DNA of 63,923 nucleotides, filler included, from Sluysia triapertura (Eukaryota): NCBI GenBank assembly GCA_046118255.1. It is 5 parts of 5 records of this genome, joined end to end, with 100 filler letters (N's around TTAATTAATTAA, not from the genome) between each part and the next. Parts side by side here need not be neighbours in the genome. Positions count along the whole stretch, not along the records: positions 12,025 to 23,085 come from JBJNIA010189485.1; positions 23,186 to 37,445 come from JBJNIA010001343.1; 3 more parts are not named here. One strand, 5' to 3'. Shown piece by piece: positions 12,979 to 25,317 of this stretch (position 1 is its first letter; each line of letters starts with the position of its first letter). The notes under the pieces were generated by a model. It saw only the letters and a program-made list of their open reading frames with translations, ran no database searches and was not told where the DNA came from. The position numbers and the translations under genes were made by a program.

Positions 12979-14481
12979 CCTATTCCCTGTCAACCACGAA
13001 TATACTCGTGATACTTTCAAAATATATTATAACGTACAACATGTGGAGCTTGCAATCCTTTCATAGTCAGAAACTTAAATATTAAAGTGTAAAAACGTGG
13101 AAAAAAGCTACAAATAGTGTTTTTTTACAAAAATTCTACTTTATTTATTAATTTGTACTTCTGATTCTATTGATGAGCGGTGTTAGAGTCTCTGAGACGA
13201 AATAGAATCTAAGTGAATAAACAGCCTTTGTGAATTTACAGAAAATTGTGCCCCATATTTTAGTACTGTTTTACTTTCATCTATTTGTGTGATGCATGGT
13301 TTGTTTTTTGCTTAAACGCGTGTGCAAATAAGAAAAATGATATCGAGTCCTGTTTGATTTTTATACATGTAAATGATTATTTATGACAAAATATGTGTGT
13401 ATTTATCTTCAAATAATAAATACATGTTATTTCTAAAATTGAAGTGAAGTACACATTTATTAAGTTTAAAATTTGAGTCGATGCGATACGTGGCTATTTT
13501 CGCGCAGCCTTATTGAAAGCACCGATCCTTGTTTCTCTTTTAGAAGACTCACAGCTCTGTAGAGCAAGTGAGACGCGTATAAAATGCTCCGAGATCAAGT
13601 GAAAGCAGTTTTAGACCGACGATATTAATTATATTAATAATATTATATTTTTGCAATTTATTTAATGTCAAAATTATATCAATTACACTGTTTTTTGCAA
13701 TTTTTGAAATTTCTTGCCATTGACCCCCAATTTTTTCGCCCACGTAGACCACTTTGGGAATCACTGGACTATATATATAGTTTTACTTGGATCTACATTT
13801 GTTTGGCTTTCTTATTATTATTATCTAAAGATTTTCTTGAAGAGATTTCCAGATTTACTTTAACCCATTCACTACCAAGCCTAAATTGCACAAAGTTATT
13901 CGCTTTGCCATTTCTGCTTTGTGTTATTGTTTATCTAAGTTTTATTATTTCAAGATAAATAAACATATTTTGTCATAAATAATCATTTATGTATAAAAAT
14001 CAAACACGAGTATACTTATGATTGGCAATGGGAATGAATGCAACAAGACTCTATCCTTATTTTTCTTATTTGCACACACGTGTAAGCAAAAAAAGCAAAT
14101 CATGAATATAAAAATACTAAAAAACGGGACACAATTTTCTCTAAATTTGCAAATGGTGGTTATTCACTGCTGACAATTACTTAGATTCTATTTCGTCTCA
14201 GAGATAATGGGATCATGCAATATTGAACAATTTGACTCTAAATGAGTTTATTTGCAACATCGATCATCAGTAGTTTTGTAGAGTCAGAAGTAGTACTATC
14301 AATAAATTATTAGTTGGGAAGTAAACATAACAAATTAATAAATAAAGTAGAATGTTTGTAAAAACAATTTATTTGTAGATTTTTTTAAAGTTTTTACACT
14401 TGTATATTTATGTTTGTGGCCATAAAAGGTTTGCAAACTCCACATGTTGTACGAGTATATTCGTGGTTGGCAGCGAATGGA
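12979..14481. mobile_element. Non-autonomous piggyBac-like element with long (~440-540 nt) diverged terminal inverted repeats
   Basis: 12979-13420 is the reverse complement of ~13940-14481, for example caaccacgaatatactcgt / acgagtatattcgtggttg and tctctgagacgaaatagaatctaagt / acttagattctatttcgtctcagaga. The right end abuts TTAA and the left end TTTA. Confidence 0.8.
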
Positions 14482-14993
14482 TTAACTTTGAACTATCTAA
14501 ATAAACCCTGATGAGTCAGATTGTAAACCCTGTTCTTTCTTTTACCGTTTTCTAATTTGTAAAGAAAAGTTGGACAAATAATAACTTCCCATAAATATGA
14601 TTTTCTTACATTTTACACAAAAATAAGCCGGCAATATTATATGTAAAAAGGAAGAAATAAATGTATCAGCATATTTTTTGTCATCTATGATAAACACCCA
14701 ATTATTGTAATATTTCACAAAATTCTCAATAAATTACATTGTCTTATAAATTATTAAGGCCATAATGAGCTTTGCAAACAGACACAATATATGGTGGCAC
14801 TAATGTGTAAAATTATGATGTAAGAATAATCGTAAGGTAACAAAAGTAAATAATATTAACAAAATTAAAATTACTATTACTCAACAAAAAAAATAAGATA
14901 ACAATATGCAAGATTATGTAATGTTATTATTTTTAATTTATTTATTGACATTTAAAAGCAGTATATTTATGTTAAATAATTATTTATCATTTC

Positions 14994-14994
<1 letters not shown>

Positions 14995-15040
<46 letters not shown>
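14995..15040. repeat. (TAA)n microsatellite
   Basis: Perfect tandem repeat. Confidence 0.9.
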
Positions 15041-15042
<2 letters not shown>

Positions 15043-15930
15043 CGGCGTTAAACATTAATATATTACCACGTTTTTCATCAATACATGACCTTAAAGCTGA
15101 AAATGAAATATGACCGATTGTCAAAAAATGCAAAATATTCTTATTCGGCAAATAAAAATTAAATTATATTTATTTCAAAAAAAGCTAATCACACCAAACA
15201 TGCCTTTTTAATTAATTATATGAATAAATGTTAGATCTTTTATAATGAACTGTACTTATAGTGTAGGTTTGACTGTTTTCATAAGAATTAGTTTTGTCAT
15301 TTCACTGAAATGAAAAGACGTGAATAACTCTATTGTGTAATATTCTGACTCATTCCAGCTAACTAAACAATTTACAAAAATCAAGAATGTTGTCCAAGTC
15401 CTTAATTTTTATTATCGACTCAAACACGATGTATATTAAATGCATAAGATTGAAAGATTGAAACAATCTTTTTAACATCTACAAAAACAGAGTACCTTTT
15501 AGAAAATGTATGTAAACATTTTCTACAGTGAACGTTTTGAACCTTATAAAGAAATTATTCACTAAATTTTAACAATAACATAGCATGGAAATTCAACCGT
15601 GTATATGTCCTGCAGTTTCCTATTAATATTATTAGTACTTAATATTTTCATAAGGAATTTCATTTTATTAATTAACAATGTTTTTAACAATATTCAGAAC
15701 AATTAGACATATTTGGACACAAATTAAATGCTCTTTTTTCCAAAAACACACATTTATTCATCATTTCTTTCGATAATTAATCTTACCTATTGAGGTGAAC
15801 TAACGTATTATGTCTAATCCCTTACGTAACGTAAACAAACGTGGATCGTTCATATATAATATGAATTTGTTTTAATTTTTTTGATTTAGTAATTATAAGC
15901 ATTAACAAAATCAATGCAAAAAAAACTAAC

Positions 15931-17222
15931 TTTTGTTTGAACATTCATAACAATATTTGATATAATCATAGATAAATGATCTGTACGAATGATTCTTTGA
16001 TATTGTTTTCTTAACATGATCGCTAATTTCTTCAAAATATCTATTAAAATAAATTAATACTTAAAGCTTTGCTAAAATATTTTTGATTTCAGAAAAAAGA
16101 GCATGATTATTAAAATATGATCTTATATTTAAAAATGTTCATAGTCGAACTTAAGAATTAAAATGAAAATTTTCATTATGTGTAAAAGGATGAGAAAGCA
16201 CTTAAAAGTCGATAAATAAAAATAAGAATCTCAGTAAAATTATATTACATAAAATATTAAAGATGAAAGAAATAGCAACTATAACCTGTCAATTTAGTCC
16301 ATGACCTAGTTAATCGTTTGATTTCTTTTGTATTCACGCCACCATACAAGCATTGGGATAATAAATTATAACAATTAGATTTACATGGTTTATGAAGAGT
16401 CATTGAGCACAGTGAACAATAAAAAATACTAGCATAATTTTGAACACATTTACCACTTGGATCTTTAGATGTCTAAACCATAAAAAATAAATAACATTTA
16501 TTGTACCAACCCATTTTTGATAAATTTCAAACATAATATCATTCGTAGCTTCAATAACATTAACCATAATTCGAGATATTGGATAAATCTCAAGTATAAC
16601 ACTCCTTAAATCATTTTGGTAGACCAAATAATCATTTGTGTTCAGTCGGATTTTCGTGTAACATTGACGAACAATATAATTCTTTTCTGAATCTAAAATC
16701 ATTTTCAAAATTCGATTCATTAATGCATCATAAAAATTTTGAATTATATTATTAGCATCATTTATTTCTCCAGACACATATTTACTAAGGTTATCAAAAA
16801 AATTCAACAGTATTTCCTTATTTGGCTTGTAATGCTTGGTATATAGACGACTAAAATCAGAATCTGTTAGCTTTTTAGAATCGGCAACATTTGCAAGAAA
16901 ATAATCTAAATAAAATCTAAGGATACTTCAAATTTTACATACCATTCATTGTTTCACTACTGGTTAAAAGCATTTTTAAAATATTCTTCATGTGATTAGT
17001 TGATAAATCTTTCAAATTTAATCGACTGACAGCGTTAATTTCTTTACGCATTTCCGTCGTACAGCAGGGCGATGTCAAACAAACATTTCCGTAAGATTCT
17101 ATCAATAAATCAATAGAATAAAATGTATAAACTTGGTAAAAATTCTTGAATGCGATATGAATATTGCTGTTTCTTGAATGACCACATCCTCTCAACGCCC
17201 ATACATCGCTCAGAATAAACTA
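15931..17222 (-). CDS. Glypican-family proteoglycan, core exons 17222-17133, 17098-16943, 16905-16511, 16472-16286, 16040-15931
   Basis: The spliced product has the glypican Cys scaffold: ERCMGV..NVCLTSPCCTTEM..FSRLYTKHYKPN..FFDNLSKYVSG..KCVQNYASIFYCSLC..KPCKSNCYNLLSQC..W..ISNIVMNVQ. Introns of 34, 37 and 38 nt are all in compatible phase. A candidate signal-peptide exon lies at ~17496-17406 and candidate 3' exons near 15095-15043 and 14688-14610 (LPAYFC). Confidence 0.88.
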
Positions 17223-17989
17223 CTGACAAGTTAAGCAAAACAGAAAAAAATAACAAAATTAAATTTAAAAAATTAGACATTTCTTATTTCTAAATTAGAG
17301 TGACAAAAGAGCTTAAAACATAAAAATAATTATTTTTGTACAAATTAATAATGTCTACAAAAAATATTTCTAAAAATAGATATTTATTAATAAAATTAAT
17401 AACACATAATACAGAAAACGATGAAATTAGACAAAATAAACGTATAATATACAAAAAAATAATAAAATAAATATTTAACACTATGTTAATACACATAAAT
17501 ATGTATCATTAAATATCATTAATCATGTTATTAAAAATAAATTTACTATTTTTTTAAGTGTATTTGCATTCTTTTTGAATAATTAATTCATAAAAACACA
17601 AGATTTTAAACACAAGATTTTAGTACAATTTCAGATTTTACATTATAACCTATTATTTTATTGTTAAAGTGTTTAATTTTTATTACATTATAATATTATT
17701 TGTAACTTTAGCAAGAATTAAATAGAGAATAAAATACATAAAAGAATATATAAACAATTGAAATTTTACAATTGAAATATAATGTATTTATGCATAACAT
17801 AAAATTCTTAGTTGTATTAATTTTTTGTCATTGATTTCTAGTTAAAAAGTTAAAAGTACATTTTCTCTTAAAGATTTATAAAATAAATATATGGAGCACT
17901 TGTTAAATCGAAATCTGATATTTAAAAACATTACAAAAGTATATTTCGATTTAAACATCGAAGAAACAAATTTTATAAAAATTAAAAAT

Positions 17990-18308
17990 TCCTTCTAATT
18001 ATTTAACAATATTTGTGACAGCATGAGCACACTTCAAACACTTTAAATTAAAATTTTAAAGTATATTTACAAAAAAATAGTGCATAACCATTTGCTAATA
18101 AATTTGAATTAAGAATAAAAATCTGCTATTATAAAATAAATCTTACAAAATACTTTTAAGACATTTAACTGCCGAAGACATTTTTTCAACATTTGCAAAT
18201 ATGCGATGTATTTCGAATTATTGTACTAAAAATTCAAAGCAAAACCTATTTAACACCTTACCAACATGCGACTTTGAATGTAAATTAACGCTTTTACTTT
18301 GGCCTGGC
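17990..18308 (-). CDS. Putative micro-exon gene, unknown product
   Basis: A chain of ~30-35 nt GT-AG introns joins QAKVKALIYIQSRML|YNNSKYIAYLQMLKKCLRQLNVLK|QIFILNSNLLANGYALFF|CLKCAHAVTNI in frame. There is a faint, unverified resemblance to the NEPRO/DUF4477 N-terminus. Confidence 0.35.
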
Positions 18309-18555
18309 TAGAACACAAAACAAATAGGTGTAAATAATACTTTCAAAACATTACATCATTCTATAATTAAAATAACTAAATTAAAAATAATTAAGATCAA
18401 TATAGCTTTAAACTTATAAAATACTTGAAGTCAGATGTTAAAACAAAAATTCACTTTTATGAAATTGCATTAATTTTTATTAGATGCATTAACAATTATA
18501 ATTTTGTCGAAAATCAAAACTTTTAATATTTAATAAATGAAAATTTTTAATCACG

Positions 18556-18812
18556 CTAATAAGGCCTGGAGCGATTACACATTCTTCTGCATTTCTTCTT
18601 CATATGAAAACAATATTTCATGCACGAATGATCAGATTGTGCACATTTCGCTTTGCATGAATTAAATTCAATTTTACAATCACAAGCACTGCTTGTTTCC
18701 ACCTTTTCGCAATACAAAAAGCACATAAGTACAAAGAAAATGACGTAAATATTAATAACCTAAAATAACAATAAATAAATCAGAAATAAAAATCTAATAC
18801 CGATTTAATCAT
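18556..18812 (-). CDS. Small secreted cysteine-rich cationic peptide, 71 aa (exons 18812-18801, 18759-18556)
   Basis: MIKS|VINIYVIFFVLMCFLYCEKVETSSACDCKIEFNSCKAKCAQSDHSCMKYCFHMKKKCRRMCNRSRPY*. It has a 41-nt phase-0 GT-AG intron, a hydrophobic signal peptide and 8 regularly spaced Cys in the predicted mature part. Confidence 0.8.
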
Positions 18813-19211
18813 AACTGTAAGTGTTAATATAAATTAATATTAACAGATACATAATAACACATTTATATTTTTCTGAACAGGAAATAATTATTTATCACAA
18901 TTAAATTAAAAGCTATCACATTTCATATAATGTCACAAATAGCATTTAAGAACAAATTTTATTTACATTCATATGTGAAAATTTACCCGTTTAATAAATT
19001 ATCACATGAGCAATAATATTTATTATAAACATTATTCTATCAATTTTAATTTATCAATTAATTGATATTGAATTCAAATTGATCATTTAACCAGGTCTCA
19101 AGAAACTTTTAAAATTATTAGAAAAAGTTTAATTTTAAGATTTTTTAAATCTGTATAGTTTAAAATAAGATTGACTTTTTGAAGAAAACTGGATTAAATT
19201 TTAATTAAATT

Positions 19212-19710
19212 TTACAACTCTAAGTAAGATATGCATGAAGAAATAAAGTCACTCATGAGTGATGTGTGAAATGTTTCGTTATTGTAAAGATACATTTGAG
19301 GGTTTACATATTCTACAAAATGTTTCACATGATTTAGGATTATTGTGTTTCTTGTGGGGCGATTAATCTTTAAAAAAGTTATTAAATTAATTTCTTTAAT
19401 ATTTAATTTTATATATTTAAATTTAAAAGTAAAACTTTTGACAAAAAAGCAACATTTAACATTTAATTTTAACCATGTTAAAAAGTTATTAAATTTATGA
19501 ACTAACAAACCAGGCTTAATCCCTTTAAAGAATAACATATTAAATGTAACGAAATAAAACTTTTTTTATTATAAAACTATAAAATAAAACAAAGAATAAT
19601 ATAAATATACTCACAATATAAACGTCATATATAATCATAAAGAAACATGGAGTTGCTACATAATTTTTAATACCAGAATTATTAAATGTTAATGGATCAT
19701 CGATATACAT
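19212..19710 (-). CDS. Putative multi-exon gene, unknown product
   Basis: An open segment MYIDDPLTFNNSGIKNYVATPCFFMIIYDVYI ends at a GTGAG donor (~19614) and is followed by ORF 19212-19538 (IKPGLLVHKF..INRPTRNTIILNHVKHFVEY). The splicing is not fully resolved. Confidence 0.35.
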
Positions 19711-20271
19711 TGGTGATTGAACCTCTTTCTTTTCGAGTATTGGTGATTAAGGTACCGTGAATATAATTATATAGAAAATATAATGGAATAACTTGATAAT
19801 AAATGACAAAGAAACGACACATTATAAAAATGAATGTAATAACCATGGTTAATAATAATTTTACTTGGGATAACATGAATAAAGTGATTATTTGTAATAT
19901 AACAATGAAACCACCATTTATACTTGAATTGGAGTAAATGATACTTCATAAAGTGATAAATGACAACGAAATAAGAGTTAAGTTATTTAACATTAAAAAA
20001 ATTGATTTTTTTAACATAAAATTTTCATTTAATAATTATAATTTTTACTACTTTTTGTTTTACTTTTAATTATTTTTCAGGAAATTATTGGATAATAAAG
20101 AGAGCAGACAAAGTACTGATATAATAGTTTGTAAATATTTCTAATTTTATAACATTTTATAATTTTAAATAATCATTATATAAGTAAAAAAATTTATCAA
20201 ATAATTTATCAAGCTATTTAAATTTATAAGTAGCTAAATTGAAGATAAAATTTCATATTTATTCATGATAA

Positions 20272-20537
20272 TTAAATGAGATAAATTTTGATGTTAGATA
20301 CTTGTGTTTTTTCTGAATCATGTGCCGACTTTCTTCTAGCCTCTGCAAGTATTGTTTGGAAATTTGATGCATGATCTTCATATTCATTATTGTCACATTT
20401 AGAATTTTTATCAGATAATCGAATTTTATGAACAGTTAGTGAATTGTTTAAAGTTGAGTTTGTCCAAACAGTCGAATCTACTGATGCAATCGATAACTCA
20501 TCAAAAACAATTTTTTCATCGTGCTGTAATCGCTTTT
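20272..20537 (-). CDS. Open exon-like segment, unknown hydrophilic protein
   Basis: About 88 stop-free codons (KRLQHDEKIVFDELSIASVDSTVW..FQTILAEARRKSAHDSEK) preceded by an AG, with no Met. Confidence 0.35.
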
Positions 20538-20746
20538 CTTAATATTACATCGAAATCAGACTTCCAAAATAATTCCCTTAGTATATCTGTCATTGTCTAT
20601 TCCGTTTGTTAAGCTTATTCGATCAGATTCGTTGTATTGGTAATATAAGATACGAGTTCAAATCAAGATTATTGCATTTATCCGATAATTGTAAAGTATT
20701 AAAATTTGCTTCCTTAGTTTTTATTCAATTATTTACTTTAATATAG

Positions 20747-21007
20747 TACAATTCACAAGATGAAGACGGAAATACACAACTAAATTTGGCATGTAAATTA
20801 AACATGGTAAAAATTGCAACTGAACTAATAAAATTTGTCTATAATATTGACAATCTAGATAATGGAAATTTTCCAATACATATTTTTGTCATTTGTGAAT
20901 CAATCGAATTAGTGAAGATACTTTTAATAAAAAATCCAAATGTGATTAATTTGATAAACAATGATGGTCAACGTTGTCAAGATTTACTATCAACTGAATA
21001 TTTATAG
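20747..21007 (+). CDS. Ankyrin-repeat terminal exon (gene or pseudogene)
   Basis: After an AG acceptor: YNSQDEDGNTQLNLACKLNMVKIATELIK..NGNFPIHIFVICESIELVKILL..VINLINNDGQ, i.e. about 2.5 degenerate ankyrin repeats. Confidence 0.7.
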   Translation, partial: YNSQDEDGNTQLNLACKLNMVKIATELIKFVYNIDNLDNGNFPIHIFVICESIELVKILLIKNPNVINLINNDGQRCQDLLSTEYL

Positions 21008-22467
21008 TCGCCACTGTAAAATTTATATCGCTCTGCATTTACGTTTGCATTACAAGTAACATATGGTGCTTGCAATTCTCGATTTTGTAATAAGATAAGT
21101 TGAACATGATTATACGTATTTGGAAGCAAGTGCGGAGATGAAAATATCAAATGTATACTTTACAGATTGACACTTATATAAATATATATAAAATGGAAAA
21201 AGATAGATTGGTACTAAGGATAAAAGAAATAATAATGTTAATAATGGTTATAATGTTTATTAATAATGACATGGTTAACGTTGATATACGATTTATTATA
21301 AATGTTATTATTTGATAATCATATTATATAGCAATAATGACAATTATTATTATATATGTTGTTTAATACGATTTGAATTGTAATAACAATAGTTGTAGTT
21401 CATGATAATTATGTGCAATGATTATGTTTGTTTTTTGAATGAGTTTAGTAATTTGTTTAATAAACTGTGTACATGTGAAGCGTTTTTATGTGGTAAAGTG
21501 TGATGAATTTTATGTGATTTCCTTACACTTGGGACTTATGATTATATTTGGTACGTCTTTTTTATTTTAAGAATTTTACGATAGTGGGATAAAAACAAAC
21601 TCTAAGACAAAAAGACTAAACATAAATTAAAGAATAACACATAATTATTATTAAAGTATGCAACACAAAATTCACTAAATAATGAAACGTGCTTAATAGA
21701 TCCATAACTCTTAATTAAAATACCCGTTACAATATTTCAAACTGAATTCTCAAGCTAAACTACATAAACTTTAAAGAATTCACAAATTTCCTCATACTCA
21801 ATGTTTTAAAAAACCTTTTTAGAATTTTATTATACATTAACTCCCATGAAAACAACTATGATAATGAAATCTTCATTACAACTTTTAAACTTATGTGTTT
21901 TAATACATTATCATTTTCGTATATGTATCAATGTGTACATCAAATTTTATTAAGTGCTGCAGCTTTATTATCGAAAGAAAAATTGTTTCGTGGAGTTATT
22001 AAATTATTGATTATCGAATTATTGATAAAGGAATGTTCGGCTTAAACTGGGAATGTATGTGAATATGATCTATTTATTCTTGATCTGATTTGTTGACAGA
22101 AAGGTTGAAATAAAGTATCATTATTTCAACAATGTGGCCTTACGAATTCAGAAAACATAAATAACTTTATTTCAATTACTAAGACTTTATTTATAATGGA
22201 ACGAATATATAATTTATATTATTTATTTTATTTATTAAACTTAAATCTGCAGTAAGAACATTAAAGTTAAATGGTGTGAAGTAGAAATGCTTGACGAAAT
22301 AATATTTTGAGTTGCTTATATGTTAAAGATGTAAAATAAAAATGTACAAATATCTCTAAATGTTTTAATAACTTGTTCTTACGTTGTATGATGGTTTTAA
22401 TTTCATTATTGGGTATTATTTGATTTAATTCTTAGACTTTAGGCATCATTTTTTGTGTTTTTGATGA

Positions 22468-22982
22468 ATTATTGTTAGACTTCATAAAATGGACTGATCG
22501 GGGATTGAACCAGGGACCTTTTGCTGCGCAATTCGATGAATTGAATTGAATACTTTTATTTTACAACAAAAACAATCACGTACATCATCAAATAATTTAG
22601 TATAATAAATATAAATTAAGGGATCACATTTATATAAAAAATGGTTAATGTAATAAAGTTCATATTGATTGTCCATTTAAGAAATTGTTGTTCGTGCAGC
22701 TGCTGCCACTTGTGTCGCTGGTGATAAGAAAAATGTTAATAATTGTTGTTGAACTATGGGGCCACAAGCATACCTTTGATAAGTCGGAAAGAACAAAGAA
22801 AGATATTAAATCACAATCATCAATGTTAAATCACAGACATATAATTAAATATGTGAAATAAAAAAATGAGAATATAGGAAAATAAATAAATAAAAATAAA
22901 AGAATAGAAGAAAGAAATAAAAAACATTGAATGCAAAATAAAAGAATAAGGAAATGAACATGAAAATGTGAAAGAGAATATC
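22468..22982 (-). mobile_element. Second copy of the split tRNA-containing repeat
   Basis: 3' tRNA half (..AAGGTCCCTGGTTCAATCCCCGATCAGTCCA) plus the same A-rich block as 1133-1500, for example gattgtccatttaagaaattgttgtt and atgaaaatgtgaaagagaatat. Confidence 0.8.
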
Positions 22983-23013
22983 CCAAAATAGAGAATAATC
23001 GAATACATTAAAG

Positions 23014-23085
23014 CAGGGCTTCTTAAACTTTTTTATATAGCGACCCCCTTCAAGCTTAGGAAATTTTAAACGACCCCCTCCTCCA
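23014..23085 (+). mobile_element. hAT (Buster/Charlie-like) element end, cut by the contig end
   Basis: Starts CAGGGCTTCTTAAACT and is preceded by the 8-mer catTAaag, the nnnTAnnn target typical of Buster elements. Confidence 0.65.
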
Positions 23086-23185
23086 NNNNNNNNNNNNNNN
23101 NNNNNNNNNNNNNNNNNNNNNNNNNNNNNTTAATTAATTAANNNNNNNNNNNNNNNNNNNNNNNNNNNNNNNNNNNNNNNNNNNN
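23086..23185. other. Artificial contig spacer
   Basis: N44-TTAATTAATTAA-N44. Confidence 0.98.
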
Positions 23186-24610
23186 CACTGTTAGTATCAA
23201 ATATTAAAGAATCTGACAAGTTTGAATAAGCATATATTAATGTTGATTCACTGTTGCCAGTCAAAGATTCTTTTAGAAATATTATTAGGCTAATAATAAT
23301 TTCGTTTGCTGTATTAACTTTAGTTTTAGTGTTAATACATCGTTATTCATATACATTATGTCTACAATTATTTGTCCGAAATAATTCGTATTTACTTGAA
23401 TGCTCTTTAGCTAAGACATATTTTATTGTATTAATTCTTAGAAATATATTGTCTAAATCTTTGTTTAATTCAAAGCAGATAAACAATTTTTTAAATTATA
23501 AGAAATGGCTTCATACCTACTACTAGATAATTCATTAACTGTAATTAGCATATTATTCTTTTTTATAACATCGATTGAATATATGACTTTGAATTAAAAT
23601 GATCTTTTGAAAATGTTCGTGATCAATTTGATTAATAGAATTTGTCGCTAAATTTATTAAAATATTCTATATAAATTCGTTTGATAGAAAAAGAGCAAGT
23701 TGCCAATGTTTATTTTTGGTACAATTTTTAACTGTGATTCTGTGTATTAGTTTTCAAAATTGTGAAATCTAAAATGAACAACAATCACACAAAATTATTT
23801 ATTAAATTATAGCCAATAGAAATCAACTGTTTTGTTGCTAACATGCACTTACATAAAATTTTAAATTGATAGGAACTGTCATTGGTTGACAGTAAACAAC
23901 AAAAATGCAATTATAAATGTGCCAAACTAGGCAACCAAATCATTTAATAACAGTCATGATGATGGTAAAAGGATAATAATAATTAAATAAGAATTAATAA
24001 TGATAATAATAATGTAAAATAAAATTAATAATAAAAATGTAACAATAATGATAAAAGTAACAATAATAAAAATGAATAAACTTCTTTTATAACATATGTT
24101 CTTTCTCTTTAAATTTCTTGTAAAATTCTGTACAAAATAATCTTTTTAAAATATAAATTATTAACATAAAGTTTTATTTCGTAAACGTAAGATAAAATGA
24201 CACTTTGGTGATAAAAAGGTAGAGTGAAAATGAAGTGAAGATTGTGGAGAAATATCAAAGAGTGTAGTAAGAAAGTTAAAGGTGTTAAACGAAATTCCAT
24301 TTAATTTATTACTATATTTAAATTTAAATAACGAATTTAATGATTTTTGATGTTATGAAGGTTTTAAGTGTTCTAGAAGTATGACTTTTAATGTACTGAG
24401 ATGTAATAAAATTTTATGTGACGAAGTTGGCCACAACAATCAGTTTTAGATATTTACAGATTAACAAAAGTTATAGTAAATAATAGTCAAAAAAGAATTA
24501 ATAGTATATTAACATAACTTTTTTTTATCAATTTAATTCTGTTCTTAATTACAGCATCAAAATTAAGTTTGTTACTTTATATTGGCGTTTACAATTGTTA
24601 CATAAAAGTA

Positions 24611-24803
24611 CACCTATCCCCCGATTTACACGGTAGATACGTTCATGAGAAAAACGTGTAAATCGAAAATTAAAAATTTTCAAATGCGATAAAAACAAAA
24701 AAAACTTATTTGGAAAAACGATAAAAACAAAAAAAACTTATTTAGAAAACCGTGTAAAACGAAAACGTGTAAAACGAGTACCGTGTAAATCGGGGGATAG
24801 GTG
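24611..24803. mobile_element. pogo/Tc1-mariner-type MITE, 193 nt
   Basis: Perfect 25-nt TIR CACCTATCCCCCGATTTACACGGTA, TA on both sides, and internal direct repeats (cgataaaaacaaaaaaaacttattt x2; cgtgtaaa several times). Confidence 0.93.
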
Positions 24804-25113
24804 TACACTTAAGTAAATAGGATGACAGTGTGAATTGCAATAATAACGAATATCCTTATTGTGTTTTCAAAAGTTAGAGTCAAATATTATTAATGCCTAT
24901 AATTAGGATTTTAATTTTATTAAAAATCTTACAGCTACTATTTTATGAGGTTATGATTTGTTAACACGAGTATCAGACTTAAGATAATACTAAATATTGA
25001 TGTTCCTTAAGTGTATTTGAAATGAGTGCAAAGTGAGGTTTGGGTATGTGCAGATACAAGTGTAACTGATTTAATATAATCGTAAGTAAGGGTTGAAATA
25101 CCACAAAAGGCAT

Positions 25114-25317
25114 CTAAGCTTGACATGAATTCAACAAAACAAAATCATCATCGTCATTGTCATAATCGACGTCACAATCACTACAACAATCAGTCTGGTT
25201 TTTGTTCTCATTTTTGATCTCAAGATCATCAAAAACAAGGCATCCAGACATTTTGTTTTTCGAATCAATCATCAAATAAACAGAATTATGTAAGTAAATC
25301 TTGGAATAATAAAACAT
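25114..25317 (-). CDS. Possible terminal exon, acidic/Cys-containing, unknown
   Basis: ORF tail DSKNKMSGCLVFDDLEIKNENKNQTDCCSDCDVDYDNDDDDFVLLNSCQA has coding-like composition. No family recognised. Confidence 0.3.
   Translation of the reverse strand: MFYYSKIYLHNSVYLMIDSKNKMSGCLVFDDLEIKNENKNQTDCCSDCDVDYDNDDDDFVLLNSCQA

Noticed and set aside
13549-13958. Two overlapping ORFs in the foldback element
   Set aside because: No transposase motifs; chance ORFs in repeat DNA.
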